A stretch of 64,000 nt of DNA from an uncultured Acidobacteriota bacterium (GCA_963804995.1 CAWDSK010000006.1:1248001-1312000), one strand, 5' to 3'. Positions 41,207 to 52,229 are shown, counted from the first letter of the stretch. Made by a program: numbers and translations. The notes: generated by a model not told the origin, from the letters alone.

Positions 41207-43696
41207 TCAATGCACCACGGCCAGCAGGTTTTCCTCATCGATAGCCACGCGAGAGGGTTTCCGCGTAACGGTGAATTTAAAGCGGCCGCCATTCTGGTTG
41301 ACCGCCACGCTTCCCAGCCTGATCCGTTTGTTCGCATAAACGGCCACGACCGGCACCAGCATCTCAAAATCTTCGGGAGCATCGCTTTGTGCAATCGACC
41401 CTTCGACAACGTATTTGTCGCTAGCGAGGGGACGGACGTCGGACTGGATCCGATAAGTTGGGACCCCAGTTTCATAAACCCACTCCTCAAAGAACCAATC
41501 CAGATTGTGCGCCTTTTCCAGATCGCTCTCAGCCACCATGTATTTCTCAGCATGATGGATGAAGTCTGCGGTGGAGACAGACTGGCCTTGGTACTTGCTA
41601 GTGAAGTCGCGGAGCATCCGGAAAAACCGTTCGTCAGAACCAGTTTTAGGATCAGTCATGATCACTCTTAGCATATGGAGAACCCAGCAGGCCTTCTTGT
41701 AAACGATGCTCGCGTATCCCTGGGGATCCACCGAACTCGAAAGCCTTTGCCCGAGCCACATGGGGCCACCGGATTCAACAGTCTTCCCTTCCGCAGTCTT
41801 GGCCAGAAGATCAGACTTGTAGGAACGCATGAGGTCGCGGAATTGCCGGTCGCCATCCTTTTGTCGAGCCAGGAAAAGCGCCGCCGCGTAGCTGGCGAGC
41901 CCTTCTGAAAGCCATTGGTCGTGATATGTCTGCCATCCCAGGAGGTTCCCCCACCACTGATGAGCCACCTCATGCGCGATAACAACCGGTCCCAAAGGGT
42001 CGCTTCCTCCCTTCTGGGGAACCAACTCGTCACGCTCCGCCTTGGGAAGAAAGGTGAGCGTAGGCAAGTACACAAGCTCCGGCCATCCTTGGCCAAAGTT
42101 CCCCGGGGCTTGCGCCAGGGCCACATGGGGATAAGGAAAAGGACCGAATACCGTGGAAAGGTAACTCACCGCATCAGCAGCGGTTTGCGCCACGTTGCCA
42201 AGAAGTGCTGAGGGTGTGAGGGGCAAGGGAATTTGGGGAACGTCAGAGAGCGTGCCGGTGCTGCCACCGCGTCTTCCGAGAGGGGCCGCCGGTGGAACCT
42301 CCTCCGCTGCTTCCCGCCGTTTTTCGAGCGAAGTTTCGGCTTCGCGCGCGGCATATACCGTCACCTGCGTCTTTCCCGCCTGCCGGGCAACGGAAAAATA
42401 GGGGCCGAGGTTGAATCCCGCCACCCGAAAGATACCGTCGGAGCGCCAGCGGCTCTCCTGCCAACCTTCCGACGATTTCTCCTCAACGCGCGTGCCGGTC
42501 GCCACCAACGTCAGTTTTTCCGGGTAATGAAAGGTGAGATCGTAGAGTGATGAATCGCCCACATCCAGATTGGGGTACCAGCTTCCCCGCGCGCCCACGT
42601 AAAGCACGCCATTACCAACGTCCATTATGACGTTGCCGTGATATTTGAAGTTCAGGCGAAAACGTTCGCCCGCCGGATGGGCCTCAGGCAGAACAATCTC
42701 AACGTGGTTGTAAGCTCGGGCCTCGGGCGGCGGTTCTCCCCCCGCGGGGTTTTCGACAACCAGAATGTTTCGTCCGCGGTCGTCCTCGACCTCTGAGACC
42801 GCAAGCCAGCGTGAGAGCTCAAACGAAAGGACGCGGTCGGTCGAGGAAAGCGACTCGAGTTGAACCTCAGCGCGACCTTCCAGACTGTGATCCGGATGAA
42901 TGCGTATATCCAGCGTATAAGAGACTGGCCTGGCGGGGCCCCGCTCGAGCGTTGCCGCCCTCGCCTGAGAAGTCTGAGTCGGGAAGGAGCACCAGACATC
43001 TGTGAACACATGGGATCCCACCGTTCGATTCGCGATCACACTGAGTGCTTCGGTCTGGCGCTCATCATCCATGACCTCAAACACTCCCAGATTTTCTCCG
43101 TGCACACGCGCGTAGAAGTAAGGGTGGCTGCGATCACCGAGCAAATCCATGAGGATGCGCGCGGAGATTGAGATATCCGTCTGCTTCACGGCAGCGGCCC
43201 ACTGTTCCACAAACTCGTCGGGCTGGTCTGGATCATCCGGGTCAGGCTTGTTCGACGCCGCCAGAAGCTCCCGGGCAGTCTGATCGGTAAAGCTCATGTA
43301 AACAAATTCAAAAGCCTCCTCCAGAATGGAGGCGTGGGTGAATTGCGCGAGGTTCCGCTTCTCCGCCGGGGTGGGCGGTATCAATAAGATTTCTCCCTCC
43401 CCCGAAAAAACCGCCCCCGTAATCTCCCCACCCGTTTTGGTTAGAAAAGCTATGAAACCGCGGTTGAAATAGAGACTCATCCTGTCCCGGGTAATTCGGC
43501 AGTTGCGGATGGCATATACCTGGGTGCGATCGAGGGTGGAACTGTTCAACTGTTTCAGAAGTTCGCGCGGGTCAGGGGGCTGCTGCGCTCGGCTCGGGAG
43601 CGGGCAGAGGGAGCACGCAAGCAGGAGGAACGCGGGAAGTGCGAAGTTCCAATGTTTCCAACGGTGCTGCTGAGATTCTGTTGCCGGATCTTCCAT
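41207..43696 (-). CDS. M1-family Zn aminopeptidase-like protein
   Basis: AHEVAHQWWG..WLSEG, YKK; signal peptide. Confidence 0.88.
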   Translation of the reverse strand: MEDPATESQQHRWKHWNFALPAFLLLACSLCPLPSRAQQPPDPRELLKQLNSSTLDRTQVYAIRNCRITRDRMSLYFNRGFIAFLTKTGGEITGAVFSGEGEILLIPPTPAEKRNLAQFTHASILEEAFEFVYMSFTDQTARELLAASNKPDPDDPDQPDEFVEQWAAAVKQTDISISARILMDLLGDRSHPYFYARVHGENLGVFEVMDDERQTEALSVIANRTVGSHVFTDVWCSFPTQTSQARAATLERGPARPVSYTLDIRIHPDHSLEGRAEVQLESLSSTDRVLSFELSRWLAVSEVEDDRGRNILVVENPAGGEPPPEARAYNHVEIVLPEAHPAGERFRLNFKYHGNVIMDVGNGVLYVGARGSWYPNLDVGDSSLYDLTFHYPEKLTLVATGTRVEEKSSEGWQESRWRSDGIFRVAGFNLGPYFSVARQAGKTQVTVYAAREAETSLEKRREAAEEVPPAAPLGRRGGSTGTLSDVPQIPLPLTPSALLGNVAQTAADAVSYLSTVFGPFPYPHVALAQAPGNFGQGWPELVYLPTLTFLPKAERDELVPQKGGSDPLGPVVIAHEVAHQWWGNLLGWQTYHDQWLSEGLASYAAALFLARQKDGDRQFRDLMRSYKSDLLAKTAEGKTVESGGPMWLGQRLSSSVDPQGYASIVYKKACWVLHMLRVIMTDPKTGSDERFFRMLRDFTSKYQGQSVSTADFIHHAEKYMVAESDLEKAHNLDWFFEEWVYETGVPTYRIQSDVRPLASDKYVVEGSIAQSDAPEDFEMLVPVVAVYANKRIRLGSVAVNQNGGRFKFTVTRKPSRVAIDEENLLAVVH

Positions 43697-43775
43697 GCTA
43701 CAACCCTCCCAATTCCTTCTCCTACTGTAACGCGGAACTGGAAATCCCCTCAACTCGACGGGGCCCGCAGCACTG

Positions 43776-45281
43776 TTGTATGATGCCAGGAGGATGCCAG
43801 GGCGCCAAACGAATCGAGTTCGCGTCGCCGGCTGTAAGGCGGCCCGGGGGGCATGGATATTCCTGCCCCTTCTGTTCCTCCTTTTCCCTTCCCTCCTCCG
43901 GGCGGATATTATCTATCTAAAGAACGGCCGGAAGATTGTTGCTCGCGTCACCAAAGAAGATGAGAAACAGGTCTTTTACGAGTTGGGCAGCGGGGAATTC
44001 GCGCTGTCGAAAACCCTGGTGGACCACGTCGAAAAATCGGATGTCCCGGCCGCTTCGCTCCAGCAGGATATACCTCGGGCCGGCCGCGATCTGGCGTTGC
44101 CGCTTTCCGCGCTGGCCGACACACCTGTGGAGGAAGGATCGAAGCTCATCCACGACGGCCGCGTCGATGAGGCCTATCTCACGGAACTGGCCGACAACGC
44201 AGGCCGCAACCCCTCACCCGAAAACCTTCACCAGCTCAAGCTAGCGTACCAGCAGACAGCGGTTTTTCTGACCCGCAAAGGTAACCCGGAAGCTGCCATT
44301 CAAAAATATCGTGAGGCGCTCCAGCACTTCCCTCACGACCAGGCCTTGCTGCTCGCCCTGGGCTACCTTTTGACGAAGCAGGACCACGATCTGGAAGCCG
44401 TTGACCTGCTTTTGCCGGAAGCCGACGCGCACCCAAGAGCGCCAGACTTCCATGTGCTGTTGGGCTCCGCCTTCTATGGAATGGAAAACCTTGACCAAGC
44501 CATCGCGGAATGGAACAAGGCTCTCGCATTGGTGAATAATCCCCCCCTGCGCGAAGTCGTCGAGAGGGTTGAACACGAGCGGGAGGTTTCAGGTTCCTAC
44601 TCCGAACTGCGCAGCGAACACTTCCTGCTTCGCTATGAGGGCCAAACCGCCGAAAGGCTGAGCGGCGACATTCTGAACAGCCTGGATGGCTCCTTTCAAA
44701 ACCTGGTGCTTGACCTCGACTATTCTCCTTCGGAAATCATCATCGCCATTCTCTACCCTCGGCAGGCCTTCAGCGACATTACCCGGTCGCCCGCCTGGGT
44801 GGGGGCGTTGAACGATGGCAAGATTCGTATTCCCATCTCCGGCCTCTCCGTGATGACGGCGGACCTCGCCCGCGTCCTGAAACATGAGCTGACCCACTCC
44901 TTCGTTCGCCAGATTACTTTGGGGCATTGTCCGACCTGGTTCAATGAGGGCCTGGCCCAACTCGAGGAAGGCTCCACCACCGCAGCGCTGGGAAGCCAGT
45001 TGGCCCGGGCGATGGCCGCCGGAAAAATCCCTGCCTTCACATCACTCGAAGGGTCCTTTGTGAACCTGCCACCAGACCAGGTGGTCCTGGCTTATGCCAA
45101 ATCTCTTGCCGCGCTCGAATACCTTCGCGACACTTTCGGCATGGGAGAGGTTCGCCGCATGTTAACCCTCATGCCCTCCACGGGCGACTTCAATATCATC
45201 CTGCAAAACGAGATTCGCATGAGTTATCCCGCCTTCGAAGAGGAAGTCGCAAACTACATCGTGAAGAAGTATGGGTCGTAG
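43776..45281 (+). CDS. TPR-containing peptidase MA-like protein
   Basis: TPR-like helices then HELTH..WFNEGLA. Confidence 0.85.
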   Translation: MYDARRMPGRQTNRVRVAGCKAARGAWIFLPLLFLLFPSLLRADIIYLKNGRKIVARVTKEDEKQVFYELGSGEFALSKTLVDHVEKSDVPAASLQQDIPRAGRDLALPLSALADTPVEEGSKLIHDGRVDEAYLTELADNAGRNPSPENLHQLKLAYQQTAVFLTRKGNPEAAIQKYREALQHFPHDQALLLALGYLLTKQDHDLEAVDLLLPEADAHPRAPDFHVLLGSAFYGMENLDQAIAEWNKALALVNNPPLREVVERVEHEREVSGSYSELRSEHFLLRYEGQTAERLSGDILNSLDGSFQNLVLDLDYSPSEIIIAILYPRQAFSDITRSPAWVGALNDGKIRIPISGLSVMTADLARVLKHELTHSFVRQITLGHCPTWFNEGLAQLEEGSTTAALGSQLARAMAAGKIPAFTSLEGSFVNLPPDQVVLAYAKSLAALEYLRDTFGMGEVRRMLTLMPSTGDFNIILQNEIRMSYPAFEEEVANYIVKKYGS

Positions 45282-45303
45282 GGGAGGCGCGAAGGGTGGA
45301 CGG

Positions 45304-45332
45304 TTGACAACCTCTCAGGCAGGCCCTAGACT
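45304..45332 (+). promoter_or_regulatory. Sigma-70 promoter, probably leaderless
   Basis: TTGACA-17bp-TAGACT; ATG 6 nt after the -10. Confidence 0.65.
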
Positions 45333-45338
45333 TCAACC

Positions 45339-45578
45339 ATGGAAGTACCCCTTAACCCCGCAGTGCAAGCCAAGCTCGCACGCCTAGCTGCTGAGTGCGG
45401 CCGCGACGCCCAAGCGCTGGCAAGAGAAGCCATTGAGCGTTTCGTGGACTACGACGAGTGGTTTGTCAAAGAGGTAGAAAAGGGCTTGGCGCAAATCGCC
45501 CGGGGCGAAGTGCTGACCCATGAGGAAGTGGGAGTGCGCCTCGAAAAGTCGCTGACTGAAAAGCAGTCCCGCGCATGA
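45339..45578 (+). CDS. CopG/RHH antitoxin
   Basis: LAREAIERF..EVEKGLAQIARGEVLTHEEV; ATGA overlap with the toxin. Confidence 0.85.
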   Translation: MEVPLNPAVQAKLARLAAECGRDAQALAREAIERFVDYDEWFVKEVEKGLAQIARGEVLTHEEVGVRLEKSLTEKQSRA

Positions 45579-45856
45579 AAAGGGAGCTTCGCTGGGCAGA
45601 GGAAGCTGCCGCTGACCTGGAACACATCACTGATTATCTGTTTCAGAACGCGCCGGAACGGGCCGCCGAACTGGTACGTGGAATTTACAATGCGCCCGCT
45701 GAGTTGCTGACGTTCCCCTATCGCGGGCGTGTGGGTAGAAAAGAAGGCACGCGCGAGCTCGTGCTTTCCTCGCTTCCCTATGTGGTAGTCTACCAACTCA
45801 CCCGCGAGGTCGTGCACGTTGTACGCATCCTGCATGGCGCCCAGAAATGGCCTTAA
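45575..45856 (+). CDS. RelE/ParE-family toxin
   Basis: W.EEAAADL..I, FPYRGR.G..GTRELV, VRILHGAQ. Confidence 0.9.
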   Translation: MKRELRWAEEAAADLEHITDYLFQNAPERAAELVRGIYNAPAELLTFPYRGRVGRKEGTRELVLSSLPYVVVYQLTREVVHVVRILHGAQKWP

Positions 45857-46013
45857 GAAACCTGCCGCAGATTAGCGGGTTATTTTGTGGAGCCCCCAAC
45901 CCTCCATCCCGGGGACGCGCGGGAGTCTAGGTGTCATCGACCATCGTCACGGGAAGGTTCAGCAAGGCGAAGGCGACGGTCAGGACTGCGCCAACCGTGG
46001 ATCCCCCCTGAGT

Positions 46014-46764
46014 TCATTCCAGAAGACCCTTCTCCTTCACATCCTGAGCGGCTTGCAGCACATGCTCCGGTCTGCCGAGATCACGCCAATAGTATTCATC
46101 GGCCCGAAAGGCGAGGATTTTCCCTTCGTGGGCTGCAAGCCGCAGATAAGTAGTAATGATCGAGAAGGCGCCTTCTTCAGTCATCATCGCCAGCAGACGC
46201 GGAGAAATAACGTGGATGCCGCCAAAACCCAGAGCTTGCAACTGGGGTGAGGGGCGCACGAGTTCAGGGTTTTCGTCACGCCCGACCCGGCGGCCACAAA
46301 GCTGGAGATGCTCGTCAAAGAGAAGGTATCGCGAAGCCTCCCGGTCTTTCACCGCCAGAGTGGCGAGGGCCTGTTTTTCGGTATGAAATTGCACCATGCG
46401 CCCGAGATCGATCGTGCTGATCACATCGACATTGTGCAGAATGAACGGCTCTGCCACGCGCTTAGAATCCTCGAGGAAAAACCAGGCGGCCTTCTTCAAC
46501 CCGCCGCCGGTGTCGAGCAAGACTTCCTCGCGAGAGACCTCGATGCGCATGCCGAAGTTGTGGTTCGTTTCGAGATATCTCGAGAATCATTCCGGCGAAG
46601 TGATGCACATTGATGATCACCTCGCGAATCCCGAAGTCGCGCAACCGGGAAAGGGTGATCTCCAGCAGCGTGCGGCCGGCGATTTCCACCAGCGCCTTGG
46701 GGCGATCATCGGTAAGTGGCCGCAAGCGCGTCCCCAGGCCGGCGGCCAGAATCATCGCTTTCAT
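46014..46764 (-). CDS. MurU-like sugar-phosphate nucleotidyltransferase; +1 frameshift near 46579
   Basis: MKAMILAAGLGTRLRPLT..PKAL, LLDTGGG, W.DLG; two ORFs rejoin on removing one base. Confidence 0.85.
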
Positions 46765-48188
46765 TTGCCCAGGTTCTCCAACTCCAGATGCCGCACCACC
46801 ACCTCTACGCCAGTCCTGCCGCGCAAATGGGCCGCCAATTGCTCAGCCAGATATACTGAGCGATGCTGGCCGCCGGTGCAGCCAAACGACACCATCAGGT
46901 TCTGGAAGCCGCGACGCTGATAACTGCTCACGCTCGAATCCACCAGCGACAGGACGATCGAGAGGAATTGGCGCACGCTCTCTTCCTGGTTGAGGTAATC
47001 GATCACCGGCGCGTCCTTTCCGGTGAGAGGCTTGAAGCGCTCTTCCCGTCCGGGATTGGGAAGGCTACGGGCATCAAAAACAAACCCGCCACCGTGCCCG
47101 GTCCCGTCCTTCGGCAGGTCGTGGTGAAATGAAAAACTGAAAATCCGCACCGTGAGATTTCCTGTTCCGGAGGCCAGACCCTGCAACTTCTCCGAGCCCA
47201 GCATGCTTTGGAAGGCGCCCACGAGCGTCGGCAGCGGGATCGGCAACTGGACGTGGTGCAACAACCAGCGCAGGGATTTCAGCGCGTACGGCACGCTTTC
47301 GAGGAAATGTGCTTTGCGCTCGTAGAAGCCGCGGAATCCATAAGCGCCCAACGCCTGCATGATGCGGACGTAAACGTAGGCATAGTAGTGCTGCATGAAC
47401 ACTTCGCGCTCCAGCTTGATGAAACCGGCAAGCTGGTCAAGATAGTAATCGAGCAATTGCTGGCGCAGTTCCGGAGGCAAGTCGGCCTTGCCGTCATACA
47501 AAAGTGAGGCGATGTCATATTGCAGGGCGCCGCGGCGGCCGCCCTGGTAGTCCACAAAAAAGGGCTGGCCGGTGCGCCACATAACATTGCGGGATTGGAA
47601 ATCGCGGTAGAGAAAATAGTTGCGGTCGGCGCTCAACAAGAACTTTGTCAAATGGCCGAAATCGACTTCCAGAGCTTGTTCGTTGAAGGGAATGCCGGCG
47701 AGCCTGAGAAAGTAGTACTTGAAGTAATTCAGATCCCAAGCGATGGATTGGCGATCGAAGCTCGAACGCGGATAGCACACCTTGTAATTCAAATCGCGGC
47801 CGGCTTCGATTTGAAAGCGTGGCAAGACGGCAACAACCTGGCGATAGGCTTCGACCGCCTCGGGAGCGATATTCTCGCCGGCCCGATGTTTCGAGAGAAA
47901 CTCAAAGAGCGTTGTGTCCCCAAGGTCCTCTTCGAGGTAAGCCCCGTGACTTAAATCTTCAGCATAAATTTCCGGCACGGGCAGGCCGTGGCGGCGAAAA
48001 TGCCGGGAAAACTCGAGGAAGGCAACGTTCTCCTCGCGTACGTTGTACAGAATGCCGATAGCGCTGAAGGTTTCACTGGTCAGGCGGATGATCTTGCGCC
48101 CCGAACCGCCCAGTTGGCCCTGCAGCGACTGCACCCGTTCCACGGGTGTGTGGAAATGCTGCTCAAAAAGTTGGGTGAGAGCGTTCAT
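46761..48188 (-). CDS. AmgK-like sugar kinase fused to a RapZ C-terminal domain
   Basis: GS.R, EDLG, YRDFQSRN, DYQG, YDIASLL; C-terminal FDARSLPNP and GCTGGQHRSV. Confidence 0.85.
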   Translation of the reverse strand: MNALTQLFEQHFHTPVERVQSLQGQLGGSGRKIIRLTSETFSAIGILYNVREENVAFLEFSRHFRRHGLPVPEIYAEDLSHGAYLEEDLGDTTLFEFLSKHRAGENIAPEAVEAYRQVVAVLPRFQIEAGRDLNYKVCYPRSSFDRQSIAWDLNYFKYYFLRLAGIPFNEQALEVDFGHLTKFLLSADRNYFLYRDFQSRNVMWRTGQPFFVDYQGGRRGALQYDIASLLYDGKADLPPELRQQLLDYYLDQLAGFIKLEREVFMQHYYAYVYVRIMQALGAYGFRGFYERKAHFLESVPYALKSLRWLLHHVQLPIPLPTLVGAFQSMLGSEKLQGLASGTGNLTVRIFSFSFHHDLPKDGTGHGGGFVFDARSLPNPGREERFKPLTGKDAPVIDYLNQEESVRQFLSIVLSLVDSSVSSYQRRGFQNLMVSFGCTGGQHRSVYLAEQLAAHLRGRTGVEVVVRHLELENLGK

Positions 48189-48266
48189 GAAGATGATTTC
48201 CAGCGATTCAGTTTCCAGCTAGCCAGGGATCGAGAATCCCCAAGGCAAAGTCCGTAATCAACCCTG

Positions 48267-49409
48267 CTAAAGCGTCGCCAACAGCGCGGCCAGCAGGGCG
48301 GCGCGGGGGGGCAACTCGCGAATGATGATGTGCTCGTGGCGGGCGTGGGCCCCGTCTCCGGTTGCTCCCAGGCCGTCGAGGGTGGGGATCCCCAGGGCGG
48401 CGGTAAAGTTGCCATCAGAGCCTCCTCCGGTCGAGGCTTCCTTCAGGTCCAGGCCCATCTGACGCCCCAACTCGCGGGCCTTGCGAAACAGGGCAATCGC
48501 CATCTTCCGTTCCATGGGCGGGCGATTGACGCCGCCCGTGATTTCCAATTTGGCTTCACGGTTGACGGGTCGCAAGGCCCGCATTTGCCTCTCGATCAAT
48601 TCTCGGTCACGCGCCGTGGGCACGCGCACATCAACCCACGCCGTGGCAAGCTCCGGAATCACATTCGAGCGTGTTCCGCCCTCAACCACATCCACATTGA
48701 CGGTCAGCCCGCGTCCGGGGCGCGCCAACTTTTCAATCCGCAAGATCTGCCGGGCCAGTTCCGAAATCGCATTGACCCCGGCCGAGGGATTAATCCCGGC
48801 ATGGGCGGAGCGGCCATGCGCTGTGACCTTGAAATCTCCCACCCCTTTGCGGGCCGTCTTGATTGCACCCTGCGCTGCGGCGGGCTCAAGCACCAGCACG
48901 GCGCGGGCCCGACGAGCTTCAGCGAGCAATTCTTCGCGAAAGGCAAAGCTTGACACTTCCTCATCGGCGTTCAGGAAGAATCGCACCGGGCTTGACGGAG
49001 TTATTCTCAACGCGGTAAGGGCCTGGACCGCCCAGAGGCCTGCGATCATGCCGGCTTTCATGTCGAGGATGCCCGGCCCGTACGCGCGTCCGGCCTTGAC
49101 TCGAAACGGCATTCTAGCCAGCGTGCCGATCTCCCAAACGGTATCGAGGTGGCCGAGCACGAGGATCGGCTTCTGCCCGCGCGCCTGCCCCCAGAACTCC
49201 GCCACCACGGCTGAGCCCGCCGTGGCGTGGTCTAGCAATTTCACTTTCGCGCCGCGCCTTTCGAACTCCTTGGCAAAGAAGTCGGCCATGCGGTCGATGG
49301 CAGCCTTGTTCTGGCTCGGTGATTCAATCTCCACCGCCCGCCGCAAGCACTCCAGAAGCACGTCAGTTTCCGACTTGCAGTACGCAAGCAATCCTTTGGG
49401 GTCGGCCAC
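48267..49409 (-). CDS. M20 metallopeptidase (glutamate carboxypeptidase-like)
   Basis: GHLDTV, GPG..DMKAG, DEE, GGGSDGN, GAHA..E. Confidence 0.92.
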   Translation of the reverse strand: MADPKGLLAYCKSETDVLLECLRRAVEIESPSQNKAAIDRMADFFAKEFERRGAKVKLLDHATAGSAVVAEFWGQARGQKPILVLGHLDTVWEIGTLARMPFRVKAGRAYGPGILDMKAGMIAGLWAVQALTALRITPSSPVRFFLNADEEVSSFAFREELLAEARRARAVLVLEPAAAQGAIKTARKGVGDFKVTAHGRSAHAGINPSAGVNAISELARQILRIEKLARPGRGLTVNVDVVEGGTRSNVIPELATAWVDVRVPTARDRELIERQMRALRPVNREAKLEITGGVNRPPMERKMAIALFRKARELGRQMGLDLKEASTGGGSDGNFTAALGIPTLDGLGATGDGAHARHEHIIIRELPPRAALLAALLATL

Positions 49410-49621
49410 GATTCCTCCCAGGTCAAGCCGCGTTACGAACCCAGCCCTTCCGCGCAGCAGATTCTATCACGCTCTGCCGTGGGCGCGTCTTCAGGCCTCG
49501 CCGTCATGTTCCTGTAACCTTCCGTGGCCCAAAGTGAGCCCTATATGATCGGGATAATATATTTCTCACTAGCAATAACCAAGGTTCCATCTTATTCTAG
49601 GTTCTCCGGAATTTCCCTCAA

Positions 49622-51817
49622 TTGTCAGGAGAGACCGCCAAATTGAGCAAAGTCTCCTTCGCGCTCGTCATTCATTCACATCAGCCGGTAGGAAACTTTG
49701 ACCACGTGATCGAAGACGCCTACCAGAAGGCCTATGCGCCTTTCGTGCGTGCCCTCCTCAAGCACCCACGCATCCGCATGAGCCTGCATTTCTCGGGCAT
49801 TCTGCTGGCGTGGCTGGAAAAGCATCATCCGGAATACTTCCGGCAACTCCGCGAACTCGTGGATCGCAGCCAGATTGAGATGGTGGGCGGCGGCTTCTAC
49901 GAGCCTATCCTGCCCATGATTCCCGACGTGGATAAAGTCGCGCAGCTTCGCAGGCTGGCCAGCTACATCCAAGGTCACTTTGGCGCGGCGCCCTCTGGGG
50001 CGTGGATTGCCGAGCGCGTTTGGGAGCCCACGCTCGCGCGCCCCCTGGCCGAGGCCGGGGTGGAATACGTGGTGCTGGACGACACTCACTTCCTGGCCGC
50101 GGGCTTGCAGCCCTGGCAACTGCGCGGCAGTTACATAACTGAAGAAGATGGTCACCCCTTGCGTTTGGTGCCCAGCCTGAAATCTCTGCGCTACACGATT
50201 CCCTTTCAGGAACCGGCGGAGACGGTGCGCATCCTGCGTGAGGGAGTGGCCCAGGCCGACGCTCTTTTTGCCATGGGCGACGATTGCGAAAAATTCGGCG
50301 TGTGGCCGGGAACCTACGAGCACGTTTACACGCAGGGCTGGCTGGAGCGATTCCTCACGACGATTGAAAGTAGCCAGGATTGGCTTGAGACCACGACGGT
50401 TTCTGATTATCTCCGCTCGCACCCTCCCCTGGGGCGCATCTATCTCCCCACCGCCTCCTATGCGGAGATGATGGAGTGGGCGCTCCCCCCCACGGCTTCG
50501 TCAGATTTCAAAGCCTGCATGGAAGAAGTTGAACACTTGCCCCATGGCGAGCGGTTCCAGCGCTTCCTGCGGGGAGGTTTGTGGCGCAACTTCTTAAGCA
50601 AGTACCCCGAGGCCAATCAGATTCAGAAACAAGTGCTGGGCGTGAGTCATCGCCTGCAAAAGCTGCGGGGGTCCGCGGCCGGTGGGAATGAGAAAGCCGA
50701 TTTGCTGGCGGAGGCCGAGACGCACCTTCTGGCCGCGCAGTGTAATGACCCGTATTGGCACGGCGTATTTGGCGGCCTCTACGCACCCCACCTGCGCAGC
50801 GCGAATCTGCGCCAACTCATCCAGGCCGAGTCCCGGCTCGATCGTGCCGAAGGCCGCGGCGCCGATTCCAAACCTGAGATCGTGACCACGGACTTCGACA
50901 TGGACGGCCAGGATGAGATTCTCATTAATCAGAATCCTGCCGGTATGACTCTGCGCCCGGCGGACGGCGGCACCGTTTCAAGCCTGCGCTTCAAGCCTGC
51001 GGATGTTGAGCTGGTTAATTCCCTGATGCGGCGTCCGGAACCCTACCACGCGCTGGTCAGGAAGCAGGTGGCCTCCAAGGAATCGCCCCGCGAGGGCCCG
51101 GCTTCCATCCATGACCAGGTGCTCAGCAAGGAAGCGCACCTGGATGCCTTGCTTCGCTACGACCGTTACGCGCGGCACAATTTCCGCACCTACCTTTTCC
51201 CCAGCGCCAGGAATTGGAAGGATTTTGAATTCCTTCGCCTGGAGGAGAATGAGAGCCTGGCGCGGGACGCCTGGAACGCGACCACTATCAAATCCTCTGC
51301 GGCCATCATCGAGCTGCGTAACAGCGCTCAAGTCCGCGTAAACGGCTGCGAGATGCGGGTCGAGGCGCTCAAGACCCTGACTTCCAAAACCTCTGGTTCG
51401 ACCTGGCAGCTCGAATGCCGCTCTTCGCTTTCCACCGACCGTTCCTGCCCGGGGGGATTGGCCACGGGGCTGGAGTTGGTCCTGAACCTTCTGGCGCCCG
51501 ATGCCACGGACAGATATTTCCAGGCCAATGAAGTTCGGCGCCCACTGGAATTCCGGGGGGAAATCGATTCTGCCAAACTGCTGCTGGTGGACGAGTGGCA
51601 ACGCGTCCAGATCACCCTGCAAGCGCGGCCCCAAGCCCGCTGGTGGATCGTGCCAATTGAAACCATTTCGCAATCTGAACTGGGATTCGAGCGCGTGTAT
51701 CAGGGTTCGGCGATCCTCGTGGTTTGGAAAATCGATCCTCCCTCCTGGCGTAACATGACTTGTGCGCTGCAAATGGAAATCACGCCCTGGGAGAAGACAA
51801 TCACCGACACGGAGTGA
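49622..51817 (+). CDS. GH57 alpha-amylase/4-alpha-glucanotransferase
   Basis: HSHQPVGNF, W.AERVWEP, DDCEKFGVWP, QCNDPYWHG, SE.GFERVYQG. Confidence 0.93.
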   Translation: MSGETAKLSKVSFALVIHSHQPVGNFDHVIEDAYQKAYAPFVRALLKHPRIRMSLHFSGILLAWLEKHHPEYFRQLRELVDRSQIEMVGGGFYEPILPMIPDVDKVAQLRRLASYIQGHFGAAPSGAWIAERVWEPTLARPLAEAGVEYVVLDDTHFLAAGLQPWQLRGSYITEEDGHPLRLVPSLKSLRYTIPFQEPAETVRILREGVAQADALFAMGDDCEKFGVWPGTYEHVYTQGWLERFLTTIESSQDWLETTTVSDYLRSHPPLGRIYLPTASYAEMMEWALPPTASSDFKACMEEVEHLPHGERFQRFLRGGLWRNFLSKYPEANQIQKQVLGVSHRLQKLRGSAAGGNEKADLLAEAETHLLAAQCNDPYWHGVFGGLYAPHLRSANLRQLIQAESRLDRAEGRGADSKPEIVTTDFDMDGQDEILINQNPAGMTLRPADGGTVSSLRFKPADVELVNSLMRRPEPYHALVRKQVASKESPREGPASIHDQVLSKEAHLDALLRYDRYARHNFRTYLFPSARNWKDFEFLRLEENESLARDAWNATTIKSSAAIIELRNSAQVRVNGCEMRVEALKTLTSKTSGSTWQLECRSSLSTDRSCPGGLATGLELVLNLLAPDATDRYFQANEVRRPLEFRGEIDSAKLLLVDEWQRVQITLQARPQARWWIVPIETISQSELGFERVYQGSAILVVWKIDPPSWRNMTCALQMEITPWEKTITDTE

Positions 51818-51923
51818 GGTATGAGGCAGCTTGAATTCACTCCAGGCGTTTGCTAGATTCCTGGGATTGGCCCCGATCACCAATTTGAAATGAACGCGCT
51901 ATCGGGGCGAGGGAGGTTTTGGG

Positions 51924-52097
51924 ATGGCGGTATCTCAAGAATTGCTCGATATCCTGGTCTGCCCGGCCTGTAAGGTGGCGGTCAAGCTCACCCCGGATGG
52001 CCAGGGGCTGAAGTGCAGCCAGTGCCGGCGCGTTTACCCTATCAACGACGATATCCCCGTCATGCTCATTGACGAAGCCAAAGTTGAACCGGAGTGA
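51924..52097 (+). CDS. Trm112/YcaR-family small protein (57 aa)
   Basis: Manual translation MAVSQELLDILVCPACK..LKC..C.RVYPINDDIPVMLIDEA; GGAGG RBS; absent from the ORF track. Confidence 0.9.
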   Translation: MAVSQELLDILVCPACKVAVKLTPDGQGLKCSQCRRVYPINDDIPVMLIDEAKVEPE

Positions 52098-52229
52098 GGT
52101 CCAGGATACGGGGTACGGGAAACGGGATACGGGAATCGTGACCCTGGCTTGGCCCCGAAACGTAGCATTTGACAGATGGCGTGCCCCGTATCCCGGACCG
52201 CGAGTGGCTAATTCGGAATCCCTAACCGT

